DNA of 64,000 nucleotides from Diplonema japonicum (lineage: Eukaryota; Protista; Euglenozoa: Diplonemea). The translations under genes were made by a program, and so were the position numbers. The notes below the pieces were generated by a model, which made no database searches, had not been told where the DNA came from, and saw only the letters and a program-made list of their open reading frames with translations. The stretch is from positions 124,001 to 188,000 of the forward strand of contig OZ025678.1 in assembly GCA_964019335.1 (NCBI GenBank). Direction: 5' to 3'. Shown here piece by piece: positions 1-11,442 of the stretch (position 1 is the stretch's first letter; each line of letters opens with the position of its first letter).

Positions 1-16
1 GAAAAAAAATAATAAG

Positions 17-791
17 GTGCTGTTCGGATCTGGCATATACTTTGCCGAGCAGTCCGCCGCGTCCTGGGACCCCGTGAACAAAACGTGGATTCGAAAAGCG
101 GAGTACGGCGGCCCTTCTGCAGAGCACAAGATCAAGTCCATTCCGTATGGGTTCTGGTGGTGTTTGGGTATGAGGATGGTTTTTTTTTCAAAAAACAAAA
201 AAAACAAAAAAAAGTTACCGTGACCACCGTAGGGTACGGCGATATGTATCCCGTAACATTCTGGGGGCACATCGTTGGGACCATCACCATGCTGACTGGG
301 CTGCTGTATGTTGTTCAAAAAAGAGGGTGGGGAGAAACACACACAAACACAGAATTGTGGCATTTCCTATTATAATTTTAGGGGCGAATTTCCAGGACGT
401 GCAGCAAGAGTTCAAAGAATCAAAACGGAAGAAAAAACTTCTTTTAGAAATGACAGAAATGGCAAGGTCTCGGGTAGGGAGGATGAGGGCTGCAGCACCC
501 AGTGACGAGCCATCGGGCGACAGCAGCAGCGGCAGTAGTAGCGAACCTCCTGCATCTTTCCTAGGCAGAGGCGGCTTCAGGAAGAAGACCGATCCCTCTG
601 TGGATCAGGACATAAAGATGCGGCTGCAGGAGGCGCTGCTTCGTGAACTGATCGAGACTGTTAGGTGTTCGCAGCATGAAATCCTTCGCCGAGTTGATAA
701 CATTGAACAGCACCTGTCAGTGCCACCTGTACCACTGTCCCCCTTGTCGCCCCCTTCCCGAGAACACCCTTTAGCAGTCCCCGACCAGTAG
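17..791 (+). CDS. Voltage-gated K+ channel (Kv/Shaw-like), 3' exons only; exons 17-167, 215-305, 353-791
   Basis: Removing 47-nt GT-AG introns 168-214 and 306-352 gives [32 protein letters not shown]...LIVAFPIIILGANF, which contains the pore helix, TVGYG selectivity filter and S6. The 5' part lies outside the window. Confidence 0.92.
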
Positions 792-839
792 ATGTGGGGG
801 GGGGGAGTTTTTTTTCTCTTTTTTTTCTATATGGGTCGA

Positions 840-2404
840 TTTCAAAAAAACCCCCCCAAAATGAGGCCAATTGACACTTTCGTTGCATCTTTGGGCATGC
901 CGCCCCCTTTAAAAAAAATTCTCCATATTTCCCGGCCCATATTAAGAAAGAACCCGTGTCAGAAATCGCTCAAGGGTGCTATTTTGACCTATGAAAAATT
1001 CAGTCTTAGGGTCAAAATCGGGTTTTAGTGGTTTTGGTAAAGTCGGAGAGTATGCTTTCAATAGCAAGAAATAGCGGAACTCACTGCTAGAAGGTGGCTG
1101 AAATGATGTTGGAAGTGGAAACCTTCATTTCCTAGTCTTCTGCGGCTGAGATGTGCTGCTGCTGAGTGGGCGACCTCGTTTCTTTTTCATACTATTAGGC
1201 CTTCTACCGCATTTTGGGGGGGTTTTAAGAGGCTCATTCGTAGGTGTACTTGGTGCTTTGGGCTTGTCATGGGGTGTCGAGTATTTTTGTAATTTGGTTA
1301 CTATTCTTTCTCGTTTTTCAAGTCCGGGAAGGCTATCAGGAACGTCCTCATACTCATCACAAGATTCTTAGACTGGGGGCCTTTTCTCTGCCCTGTCTGC
1401 ATCGAGTTCTTTGATGATGTACTTTAGTTCTTTCTAGCTCGTGGACGCGCACGTAGCAAATACACCCTCCGGTGTGCTCCTGAGCTCATATGCACCTGTA
1501 AATCCGGAAACTCAAGAATTTTCTTTTTGTACGGGCCAAAGACATCAGTAACTACATGCACGGCGCACCGTATCGTATTGGTGATGTTAGCTATTTGTTC
1601 CACAGTTTTAATTGTTGTGGAACGAGGCACCCAAAGCCAAACACGAGAGAGCACACCAAAGTGGCTGTCCCTGTTGTTTTTGCCGTGTTTCTCCCCAGAA
1701 ACCACAGGGAAAACGTCCGATCGGGATATACATAACGAAGACCAAAAGAACAAAGTAGCAAAATTCCTTTGCACGAAAGTGACGCCCACCGTCAGTCCAG
1801 AGTATCCACTCCATTTTTTTCTTTATTTTTTTCTGTGCCCATGCTACTGTGGAACAAGACTTTTCCAACAGTAAGGCCAGCTGCCCTTATTTCATCATGT
1901 GTGATGTGGTCAAGCCTCATGCCTCTGACCAATTGGCGCCGTGTGGTGTCTTGTTGGCTACTAAATCAACCAGAAAATGATAGCAGAAGTGCCGCTAGAA
2001 GTTCCCCTTTACACACTACTTCACAAACTAGTGCAGCACAGTCGTTGCCACTGAGCTTCTCAAAAACCTCTGTGGCGAGTGTCCTGATCGCCGTGGTGTT
2101 CCCATTTACCCTTTCTCGGTCCGAATACCATTTTTTTTTACCCCTAGCTTCTCAACAGCAAGTTTAAAAGCATCCATTTTTGTCACCCCCTCTTTTACTG
2201 AATTTGTGCAAAGTGAAAAAACCCATTTTTGCCCCTAGGACTGAATTTTCTGGGTACTAGTAACACTCACTTTCCCATTTTCTGGGGTGTTTTCTTTCCT
2301 AACCTGGGCCGGGAAAGTTGTAGAATTTTTTTTCTTTGGGAAAAAGTACTTAGAGAAATATTGAAAGTGTCAATTGGCCTCATTTTGGGGGGGGTTTTTT
2401 GAAA
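840..2404 (-). mobile_element. Degenerate TIR DNA transposon, possibly Sola-like
   Basis: ~42-bp TIR TTTCAAAAAA(A)CCCCCCCAAAATGAGGCCAATTGACACTTTC at 840-881 and 2363-2404, plus a subterminal inverted pair (~993-1026 / ~2216-2250). Flanks are CGA(T) on both sides. Frameshifted minus-strand remnants WTDGGRHFRAKEF and GEKHGKNNRDSHFG resemble DDE/DDD transposase motifs. Confidence 0.75.
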
Positions 2405-2662
2405 CGATGCCATATCTACACGGACAATGAGAAAAAGAAATTATTACACTTTGTAAGCCTTCCGGTTTACAGTTTCTTTCTGCTTTTTTTTTCTTCTTTT
2501 TTTTTTTTTTTCTTCCCTCCTCCACACCCACTCCCCCCTTTTTTTTGTTTTTTTAGAAAAAAAAACAAAAAAAGAATTGTCACGTGTTTTTTTTTTTTTT
2601 TTTTAAAGTTTCTAAAGTTTCATCGTCAAGGTTTAACAAAAAAAAAAAAAAAAAAAAAGAAC

Positions 2663-3241
2663 ATGCCAGCGTTCAAGGAGGTATTTGCTAAGAACGACGT
2701 CGATGCCAAGAGCTTCCAGGGGCTCGCGGAGGAGTGGGTGACGTTGTTCGCAGGGAAGGCGGAAGAGATTGGCGCCAAGGGTGCCGTGACGGAGAGCCAG
2801 TGGAAGGAGTTCGATCTTGTGAAGCGTGACATCGTGAAGGCCCTTGATGCCGTGCAGCTTTCCATCCTGAGGAAGATCCCCCTGAAGCAGAACGAGGACA
2901 CCCTTGGTGCCGAGGTCCAGGAGTGGGTTCTGGAGTCAATCTCAAAGTACTCCAAGGCCCTTAAGGGTGTCGGTGGCTCAGAGAACCCTTCTTCCATCGC
3001 GTCCCACTGTGGGTACCTCTCTGCCATTGCCGCCCTCCACAAGGACAAGAAGGACCGCCCTGACGACTACCCTGCTACCCTTGACGCTGTGCGCCTCGAG
3101 GCCACGGAACGCCACTGGGCCACCTCCCTTGCAAACTCCTACTCCAGCATCATCAATATGCTCGTTGATGTCAGCACAAAGCTGTCCCGCAACAAGGAGC
3201 TGCTCCAGCACCCCAAGAGGGAGTACAACACCATGATGTAA
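2663..3241 (+). CDS. PA26: 11S proteasome activator (PA26/PA28 family)
   Basis: Activation-loop region IPLKQNEDTLGAEVQ resembles trypanosome PA26 IPEHKEEDNLGVAVQ. C-terminus is NKELLQHPKREYNTMM. Strong GC3 codon bias. The ATG follows a poly-A run. Confidence 0.8.
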   Translation: MPAFKEVFAKNDVDAKSFQGLAEEWVTLFAGKAEEIGAKGAVTESQWKEFDLVKRDIVKALDAVQLSILRKIPLKQNEDTLGAEVQEWVLESISKYSKALKGVGGSENPSSIASHCGYLSAIAALHKDKKDRPDDYPATLDAVRLEATERHWATSLANSYSSIINMLVDVSTKLSRNKELLQHPKREYNTMM

Positions 3242-3658
3242 ACACTTTTTTTTTTTTTTTTTTTTTTTTTTCCAAATGACTGTCTGGTCAGCCCTGACGG
3301 ATTGTAGGCGTAAATCTTCCCGTAGTACACGTTTTTTTTTTTTTTTCTTTTTTTTTCTTTTTTTTATATTATTCTACCCTAACGTTATTTTTTTTAAAGG
3401 GAAAAGGGGAGGGGGGGATTTAGATAGTGTGATGGTTTTAAGAAAAATAAAAAAAAAATAAAAAAACCACAGCTCTAACCTATAAAAAGAAGAAAAAAAA
3501 AAAACACGGAGGGGAAAAATTAGAGAGGGGAAAAAAAAATTTTTTTTTCCCCTTCCCCTTTTTCTTTCTTTTCATTCCCCACGCTCCAAATCACACCCAC
3601 CCCACACACAAAAAAAAAAAAAAAGGAGGGAGAGCAAGAGAGGGTGGAGGAGGGGGGA

Positions 3659-4635
3659 ATGATAAAACGCCGACGCATCGGACCTTCACGAATCAAGGAC
3701 ATCCCAGGATATGAAATCGGCGAGGTAATAGGAAAGGGAAGCAGTGGATGCATCTACAAGGGCAAAGACGTTAAAACCGGCGAAGAAGTTGCAATTAAAT
3801 TGGTAGATGTCACGGATAGAACGCTGATGGCGGAGGCTCTCTTTTACAGGAAGCATGGCGGGATGAAGGGTATACCATCCATGAGATGGTACGGCAAGGC
3901 AAAAGGAATGTGGGCACTGGTTATTGACAGATTATCTTTCTCATTGGGGCAAATAAAAGAACAGTATGATGGAGCCATGCCTTTGACATGCGTAATACCT
4001 CTGGGCTTGAAAATGATTGACAACATCCACGCGCTGCATAGCAGGGGAATGCTTCACCGTGATGTAAAACCGCAAAATTTTATGTTGGGTCTGAAAGATC
4101 GACGGGATGAGGTATTTCTCATTGACTTCGGGCTGTCCACACCATTTTATGACACGCAAGGGAAGCACATTCCATTTTCCCACACCGGGGCAAAAAGTTT
4201 TTCCGGAACACCGTTATTCGCGTCGCTCAATGTTCTTCAAGGGATCGCTCCGAGTAGAAGAGACGATGTAGAATCTGTTATCTATGTTTTGATTTATTTC
4301 CTTAAGGGTGCGCTGCCTTGGCAGAACCTGCGGGGGAAAAGCTCCTCAGAAGTGGTTTCCCGCATTCGAATCAAGAAGCTCAGCACGTCGATTTCCGAAC
4401 TTTGTGAACACCTTCCTCCTCAAATTGCGTCTTGTTTAGCTTATGCTCGCTCTCTTGGGTTTTCAGAGGAGCCTGATTATAAGGTTTGTTTTTCTTTGGG
4501 GTAATAAAAAAAAAGTTTTTTTTGTAGAAAATCACCGCATCTCTCGAATCTACGCTGCCCGACCACGATTTTTCCCTGCCGTTGAGTCGGGTTTTGCTTG
4601 AACAGCAACGTGGGGCTCACGTTGCTAAATTGTAA
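3659..4635 (+). CDS. Casein kinase 1 family protein kinase; intron 4484-4527
   Basis: Motifs IGKGSSG, VAIK, HRDVKPQNF, IDFG, GTPLFASLN, SRRDDVES, LPWQ and FSEEPDY. A 44-nt GT-AG intron extends the frame to TAA at 4633-4635. Confidence 0.93.
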
Positions 4636-5256
4636 CAAAAAAAAAAAAAAAAAAAGATTTGACTTGAGAATAGTTAATGTTAATTTTCTACTTTCTTCTT
4701 CTTTTTTTTTTTTTTTTTTTTTTTCGTTTGCGTGTGGTTTTTCTTTTTTTTTTTTTGTATTTTCTTTTTATGTTGCATTGGCGCATCGCACCCCCCCCCC
4801 CCCCCCCCCCGTCGAGGGACAGCACACCAGAGGGGGAAAAAAAAAATGAGGGGAGGAGGAGGGCATGGCATTCGAACGAAATCTGTATTATCTGTTAATT
4901 TTTGTTGTCCTCCCTTTACATACACGTAGAAACAGGGGTTTAGTTTTTTTTTTTTTTTTTTTTGTGACGCGTTCAGCCTTTTAAAGTAAAAGAATAACAA
5001 AAAAAAAAGGGGGAGGGCCCATTCGGGGAAGAAAAAAACCAATAAAGTTTCCCCTGTTTCTCTTTTTTTCTTCTTCTTTTTTTTTTTTTTTTTTTTTTTT
5101 TCGTTCTTCCCCCTTCTCTCGTCCAAGTCCACCGCCCTCCAACCTCTGGAGATAATGCAAAAAAAAAAAAAAAAGATTTTTTATAGTACGCAAACAAACC
5201 CCCCCCCCCCCCCACTCCCCCCAAAAAAAAAGTTCATGGAGGGAAGGGAAAAAAAA

Positions 5257-8200
5257 ATGCTGAACTCCTTGGGCCCTCTCCCAGCAAAGAAAAACACGTC
5301 TGGCGTGGCAAGCGCAGTACGCTTGGCAAATGATGTAGAAGCACACGTGAGGAAAATAAAAGGAATGTCTGAGAGAGAAACACGAGACCCGCGACTAAGG
5401 GCAGTTCATGAACAAGTGTGTGTGGAAGACAAGAAAGAAGACGCGGGTATATTACTAAAAGATTGGCGGGTGAGAGAATGCGGAATATACAGCACCCTGT
5501 TCAAAAACTCCACGACACAAACAGACCTGTTGGACCTGGCAGGGTACTGGAACGAAACCATGGCCGTCGCCGAGGCACTTGCAACAGAAGAAACCCCCGC
5601 ACCCCGCGTCAAAGAAGCCGCCCCCGTCCCCACCGCCCCACAGCCCACCATCAAGGAACAAGTCGACAAAATAACGATCCTGGAAATCGAGGAAAGGTAC
5701 CGCGAAACACGGTCTATAAATAGAGTACAGGATAGGATAGATTGCATGTTGGAATCCATACAATGCAAAGCCAAGCAGGTCAGCACTTTGAAATTCATGG
5801 TTACACGAACAGAAGAATTCCTCAACTCGGTTCTGAGACGAGAAGAAGTAGCAACAAAAAAACTCCGTCACCGCGTAGAGCGGCTCACACAACGTCTGAA
5901 AGACTTCGGCGATGAAGAAGAAGATGATGAAATGAACCCTCTTCTGAAAATAATGCACATAAGAGCGGGTGAGTATAACCGTCTTGTGGAAGACGCGAAA
6001 TTCTCACGAGAACAAGCGACACTGACAGATCTTCAGTCGAAAGGCCTTGGAGAGTACCTCATCAAGCTCGAAGCGCGGATAGAATCCACGCAAGAAGCTT
6101 ACAAAGGTTTTCTCGCGCAGCGGAACAGCACTCTTTCGGACTTAACGGAACATTTTGCAAACCTTCTCGAAGCCGCGACAAAGTCAAAGGATTTCCCTGC
6201 CACCGACAACATGAAGAAGGCCATCGGGAACCTCGGGAAAAACCTCACAAGGGTCGGCGATAAATTACGAATCAATCTTCGATTTCCCAAAAAAAAAGAA
6301 ACCGGAAAGGCCAACGCGAAAGAATGCGAGATAGATGACAAACCCTGTGAGCAGGTCGCTCGAATGGAGGCCGAGTACAACCACCTCGCAGACGGCTGCA
6401 CCACGCTTGGGCAGCGAATTGAAGAATCCGCGAAACTTCCCACCTTCCGTGCCGAGGGGATTTTAAAAACGCACGATTTCTTTTTCAACGCGTTGCGCAA
6501 AGGTTTTACTGATGCCGCGAAAACCCTTGGGAATTCTCAGCAGATGTTCCCCGCCATCAACCACGTGTTGGAATCCATAGAGGCCCTCCCCGAGATGAAA
6601 GCTGAGTCGCCAGTTTCATTCTTGTTAGACAAGACATCCCGTATCTGTGATGATCTCAAACTAGCGTTGCTGAACGGGAAGCGATACGGCTTGTTTGACG
6701 ATGCAACGCCTTTCGCGCAATGGGTCTGCGCCTCTGCTGAACTTCTCGGGTTTCTCCGTTTTCATTTCCAACCCATGTCAGAATCTCCCGAGCCCGTTGT
6801 GGAACAAAAAAAGCGCGTGGTGGTCGTCGACACAGGTTGCGATGCGCCAGAGTGCCGACCACCTACCCCGGAAATCGTGACTGAAATAGTTTATGTTGAG
6901 CATCCCCCTCCCTGTGTACAGGATGCTGAGACCCAAACAAACGTTTTTACCCCGCCGCCTTCGGCGTCCTCCTCCTCAGAGACTTCCGACGACGAACCCG
7001 TTCCTCAAGAAGACGAGCGTATTGTAAAACTGATGGAAGAGAAACGCCTTGCCGTACAGAAGGAGGACTACGACCAGGCCAAATACCTGAAATGGGAAAT
7101 AAATGAAGCCGCGTGCGCGCAGGAGGAGGCCGAGAAGGTCCCAGAGGAACTCGTCGAGCAGCTGAAAGCCGAAGAGGAGCGCCAAGAAGGGATCGTGGAA
7201 CTGTTGTCACCCATTTTCACCAAGCAGGGACACAACGCCGCCTTGCAGTGCGCGGTGAACGCGTTGACTGAGATGGATTTAAAAATGATTAAAGGTTGGG
7301 ATGAACCTGACATGTGTGAGCCGGACTTGCCCCCATGCGACGAACAACCAATGATGTCACGTCTAAAGCAGTTAACAGGACGGGAGGGTTGGCTGAAGGT
7401 TCAGGAACAGATGCTGCTGAAGAGGCTTGTCGCGCCTTCGAAAAAAGTGCGGGACCCCGAGATGTGGTGGATGACAATGGTGCAATCGCTATCGTCGTCG
7501 TTCGGGGTCATGAAGCTGCAGGGCAAACGGCGCGCCCTCATCTTGCAGAAATGCCACCTGTTGTTGAAGAGCAGCTCGGAGCAAGTCTCGTACTTAAGCG
7601 AGTGTGCCACCAACGGTTTGACGCAGTCTGTGGCCACTGCAAACCCCCTGAGCATCAAGCGTTGGACGCTGTTCTCCAAACTCGTCTCTAGTGTGGACTC
7701 CACAGCCTTTCTACTGACTTCTATGTTCTTACAACTCGAAGTCGCTGACAACCTCCTCGCCACCTCTGCTGGAACCGTCATGCGCGCGCACGGTGTGATC
7801 CGACAATGCAAAAGAAAGCAGCGCACTGACGAAAAAGCTGCGTCTGTGAAACTCTTGTTGGAACGAAACAAGGTCAAAGCGTATATGCGCAGGAAGTTCG
7901 TTCCTAAAAAGGACGGCACCACGCAGACCGACAAGCAGCCCATCATACAGCTGGTGCGCGCCGACAGTGGCGTGCCAAGTCGGGTACCGGTTAGTAAGAA
8001 AGATAAATGGGAATCAGCGGGTGCGGAGAAGGCCAGAGCCGCAGGCAGAAAACAGAAAAAGTCTATTGAGAAGGTTGAAGAAATGTATGCAAAGCCACGG
8101 CCTTGCACACCCCCGTCACCATACGCTCGGCACATGATGTTCGCTGCCCGTGATGGGTCGTATTGTCTCCCGCTGCCCGTGCAGCAAACGCTCATCCCCG

Positions 8201-8754
8201 TCCCACCGTCTCAGCCCCCGCAACCGATTCCCTCGAAGGCATCATGGCAACCGCTGCCTGAGACGACAGTTATCAGCAGTGTTGTGCCGCCGTTGTTGAC
8301 AAGAAACAAAGTGGACCACAAAGCACGCTGGGGCACATTGGATGTCGATGAACGGCAGGCGCTCTGCGAGACCTGCCAGAACACCATGAAAAAAAGAGAA
8401 GATACACGGAGGAGGGAACGCGGCTTCAATTGGCTTCCAGATACAAACCTCTTCCGTTACCAAGACACCGATGTCCTGCCCTGCTTGGTCAAGGGGTGCT
8501 CTTCGAACATCAAGTGGGTGCACAAGCTGAGAATGGAGCTCTATTCCTTGGACGGGAGGATGAACCAGAGGACGCAGGAGCAACTCCTGCAAATTCTGTC
8601 GACTCCACGGAAACAGGACGAAGAATCACAGCGGACAGACTCCCCTGGAAGCATGAGCCCCATCGACAACAACAAGGATGCAGATGACGTTGCTAGCCAC
8701 ATTGCCATGGATGAGGTCCCTTCTCTCCCCGAGATGCCGGAGGCAATTTGTTAG
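5257..8754 (+). CDS. Large hypothetical coiled-coil protein with UVR-like motif
   Basis: ~1165-codon uninterrupted ORF. IVKLMEEKRLAVQKEDYDQAKYLKWEI resembles a UVR domain. The upstream poly-K extension of the ORF is homopolymer UTR. Confidence 0.8.
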   Translation: MLNSLGPLPAKKNTSGVASAVRLANDVEAHVRKIKGMSERETRDPRLRAVHEQVCVEDKKEDAGILLKDWRVRECGIYSTLFKNSTTQTDLLDLAGYWNETMAVAEALATEETPAPRVKEAAPVPTAPQPTIKEQVDKITILEIEERYRETRSINRVQDRIDCMLESIQCKAKQVSTLKFMVTRTEEFLNSVLRREEVATKKLRHRVERLTQRLKDFGDEEEDDEMNPLLKIMHIRAGEYNRLVEDAKFSREQATLTDLQSKGLGEYLIKLEARIESTQEAYKGFLAQRNSTLSDLTEHFANLLEAATKSKDFPATDNMKKAIGNLGKNLTRVGDKLRINLRFPKKKETGKANAKECEIDDKPCEQVARMEAEYNHLADGCTTLGQRIEESAKLPTFRAEGILKTHDFFFNALRKGFTDAAKTLGNSQQMFPAINHVLESIEALPEMKAESPVSFLLDKTSRICDDLKLALLNGKRYGLFDDATPFAQWVCASAELLGFLRFHFQPMSESPEPVVEQKKRVVVVDTGCDAPECRPPTPEIVTEIVYVEHPPPCVQDAETQTNVFTPPPSASSSSETSDDEPVPQEDERIVKLMEEKRLAVQKEDYDQAKYLKWEINEAACAQEEAEKVPEELVEQLKAEEERQEGIVELLSPIFTKQGHNAALQCAVNALTEMDLKMIKGWDEPDMCEPDLPPCDEQPMMSRLKQLTGREGWLKVQEQMLLKRLVAPSKKVRDPEMWWMTMVQSLSSSFGVMKLQGKRRALILQKCHLLLKSSSEQVSYLSECATNGLTQSVATANPLSIKRWTLFSKLVSSVDSTAFLLTSMFLQLEVADNLLATSAGTVMRAHGVIRQCKRKQRTDEKAASVKLLLERNKVKAYMRRKFVPKKDGTTQTDKQPIIQLVRADSGVPSRVPVSKKDKWESAGAEKARAAGRKQKKSIEKVEEMYAKPRPCTPPSPYARHMMFAARDGSYCLPLPVQQTLIPVPPSQPPQPIPSKASWQPLPETTVISSVVPPLLTRNKVDHKARWGTLDVDERQALCETCQNTMKKREDTRRRERGFNWLPDTNLFRYQDTDVLPCLVKGCSSNIKWVHKLRMELYSLDGRMNQRTQEQLLQILSTPRKQDEESQRTDSPGSMSPIDNNKDADDVASHIAMDEVPSLPEMPEAIC

Positions 8755-8811
8755 ACATTTTTTTTTTTTCTTTTCTTTTCCTCCGAGGGGTTTCTTTCCA
8801 GTTCTCCTCTC

Positions 8812-8846
<35 letters not shown>

Positions 8847-8892
8847 TCTGAATATTATTTTTCCTCTCTCAATTCTGTGCAACTTACAAAGG

Positions 8893-9426
8893 ATGGCGGT
8901 AAACATAGGATGGAGGGAGCTGCCTGTAGGGAAGCTTCGCAGCAGTAATTTGGAATCGAGAAACCATTTAAAGTTTGAGACAAAATACCCCATCTGGTGG
9001 AAGGCGGGCCACCCAGGCTGGGAGGCAATGCCTGGCGGGTGCTCATTACAATACGATGCAGTTGCAAGCAAGGAACGGGTGATGCGAAGCAAGAAGAGCG
9101 CTGCTGTGATAGGAACAGAGAGGCGATGGGAATTAACGGAAGCAGACTCGAAGCCCCTTCAACCAAAACTACGGCCCGCATCAGCACCTACGTCTGGAAG
9201 ACCTCCTGCAATAGGGAGGGGCCCAGGGCACTGGCTGCATGGCGTACAGCCAACCACTAAGCGATACCTGCGGTGGCATGAACACGTCAGTCCCGGACCG
9301 AACACATACACCCCAAATCTTACATCCACAGCAAAGGGAACCCCCCGGTGTAGCTTTGGCACTGCGTCACGGTTTCCCTCCCCTCACAAGGATCGAAAGC
9401 TACACACCAGTCGTAAAAAAGTTTGA
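8893..9426 (+). CDS. Hypothetical protein with SHIPPO/STPG-like PGP repeat
   Basis: 177-aa ORF containing SPGPNTY...PRCSFGTASRF, typical of ODF3/STPG ciliary proteins. Confidence 0.6.
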   Translation: MAVNIGWRELPVGKLRSSNLESRNHLKFETKYPIWWKAGHPGWEAMPGGCSLQYDAVASKERVMRSKKSAAVIGTERRWELTEADSKPLQPKLRPASAPTSGRPPAIGRGPGHWLHGVQPTTKRYLRWHEHVSPGPNTYTPNLTSTAKGTPRCSFGTASRFPSPHKDRKLHTSRKKV

Positions 9427-9540
9427 GTTTTTCTCTTTTTCTTTAAAATATCCCCACTCCACTCCACTCCTTTTCCTCTTTCTTCCCCCTATACTTTTTT
9501 TTACAAGGGAGAGGAGGGAGTTGGTGGGTGGGGGATAAAC

Positions 9541-11139
9541 ATGAACACCTCACGGGCCCTTCTCTTCCTCACAACGGCATTCCTTCTCGTCACAGGGCTG
9601 ATTCAACAACACTTTTTGGTCGGGAGGTTGGCACAGCCTCAAACAAAAAGCCCCCTTACCTCTCCGCCCTCATCTACTGAAGTGCCTATACCCCCCACTG
9701 CTTCTCCAGTAGCGGTGCAGGTGATGAAACCACCTATGCCGTATTTATACCCAGTGCATAAGCAAATACCTCCGGCAAAGGCGCTGAGGCAAGGCTTGGC
9801 AACTCAGGCCGGGAAGGACCCCGTGACATGTGCAGTTCATGCAGTTCCGTCATTGCCACACACACCAGTCGAAGGTTATGAACGGTTTACTCCGATGCAT
9901 GTGGAGAGGGGAACACTACTAAAAGAGTTTTACGTGGAGGGCTTCGGAAAGGAAGACGGTTTGTTTGTAAGAGAGCGAGGTGGGGAACTGCGCAAGGACG
10001 CATGGTGGGTGCCGGACGAGGGAAACATACCTTGCACAAAGGAGGCGCAGGAAGGGATATGGAAGACACAGCACCCCGACGACTGTAAATCAGCTATGTT
10101 TTTACAAACGAAACTGAAGGAGAAAGCCCATGGCCTCGGGTCGGCTCTCTCCCTTGTCGTCCACGACCTCATCACGTCGGTGGCAGTAGGGAGAGTGTTG
10201 ACCGTCCAGTCAAGGAAATGGTTCTTCGCATCAGATTCATGTGGAGGCGATGGCTGGGGCTGTTACTTCACAGCTCCATCACACTGCCCTGTACCTCAAG
10301 AACACGCCGTCACCGTCACGAAGTCAAGCAGCAAACACAAGATAATCGCCAAGAAAACACTGGACACAAAAGGCATGTCTCGAAACGACCTCCCGCGCCT
10401 TTCTAAAATCCTCTCACCCCAATGTGTAGAGTCCGTAGCACGATGGGCCTCCGACCCTGCTAACATATACCTCATGGGTACGTTTGAGAAAGGATCGGAT
10501 CCTCTCCTGACATGGTGGATGGCCCAGACCTTGCGGTACCTCGTGCGGTCCCCCCAACCGTGGTTCAGCAAGGCTGTGGAAATAAACCTCCACACGATGG
10601 GCTTCCCGTGGGCAAACGGTTTAGTATTCGAACAGCTTCGCGGAGAGATCGCGAAGTTCCGAGAATACTACAATGTGTTCGGGTGCCACGATGTCAACAC
10701 GGGAGCATACATGAAGTGGGTGAAGAGAATGGTGGAAAAACACAAGAAAACCGAGATTTATGTGAGCGGGAACACTCCTCATGCCAACTACACATTGTTA
10801 AAATCAAGCCACGCGGATCTCCACACCACCATTAGGAGTACTTGGGAACACCCTGCAATCGCCGTTTCTTCCGAATCCCAACGTTGGGGGGCCTCTACCA
10901 TGGTGGCAAGCTGGACAGACTTCTGGGCTGGTGCCGCCTCATCTGGATGGGTGTGCATCATACAGTCCAACTGGTGTCGAATGATTAACTTCCTCCGCCT
11001 TACCGCAGGCCGAGCTGAGTGTCCGTTCATCGACCTCGGCATGGCCATGATGATCCCCGAGGAGAGAGGGGAGCACTGTGTGGTACGGTCCGACTGGCCA
11101 ACTAAGCCATTCAGCAGCGTTCTTAAAAAACTGACTTAA
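9541..11139 (+). CDS. Type II membrane glycosyltransferase, GT23 (FUT8/NodZ-like)
   Basis: N-terminal TM helix and Pro-rich stem. QHPDDCKSA, GLGSALS, GWGCYFTAPSHC and WVCIIQSNWCRM parallel FUT8 QNPKDCSKA, GYGCQLH, GWETVFRPVSETC and LVCTFSSQVCR. Confidence 0.72.
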   Translation: MNTSRALLFLTTAFLLVTGLIQQHFLVGRLAQPQTKSPLTSPPSSTEVPIPPTASPVAVQVMKPPMPYLYPVHKQIPPAKALRQGLATQAGKDPVTCAVHAVPSLPHTPVEGYERFTPMHVERGTLLKEFYVEGFGKEDGLFVRERGGELRKDAWWVPDEGNIPCTKEAQEGIWKTQHPDDCKSAMFLQTKLKEKAHGLGSALSLVVHDLITSVAVGRVLTVQSRKWFFASDSCGGDGWGCYFTAPSHCPVPQEHAVTVTKSSSKHKIIAKKTLDTKGMSRNDLPRLSKILSPQCVESVARWASDPANIYLMGTFEKGSDPLLTWWMAQTLRYLVRSPQPWFSKAVEINLHTMGFPWANGLVFEQLRGEIAKFREYYNVFGCHDVNTGAYMKWVKRMVEKHKKTEIYVSGNTPHANYTLLKSSHADLHTTIRSTWEHPAIAVSSESQRWGASTMVASWTDFWAGAASSGWVCIIQSNWCRMINFLRLTAGRAECPFIDLGMAMMIPEERGEHCVVRSDWPTKPFSSVLKKLT

Positions 11140-11258
11140 GTGTATTAGATAATTTTTTGTTTTTGTTTTTGTTTTGTCCCTTTTTCAAGCAAGAAAAAAA
11201 AAAAAAAAAAAAAAGAAACAAAAAAAGAGAGGGAAGAAAAAAAAAGGGAAAAAAAAAA

Positions 11259-11408
11259 ATGCTGTCATCAATCCCACGCGCAAGCGACAGTGATGAGAGG
11301 TTCCCAGGACCGAAGGAGCTGCTGGACACGCCGGACAACATCAACAAGCCGATCCCCAAGCCCGAGGGGGTTCTCAGGATTTGGGTTGACGGGTATGCTA
11401 TTTCAAAA

Positions 11409-11442
<34 letters not shown>

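Noticed and set aside
4598-5346. Many short poly-K/poly-F/poly-P ORFs here and in other spacers
   Set aside because: They are translations of intergenic homopolymer runs. N-terminal extensions of this kind were trimmed from the gene calls.
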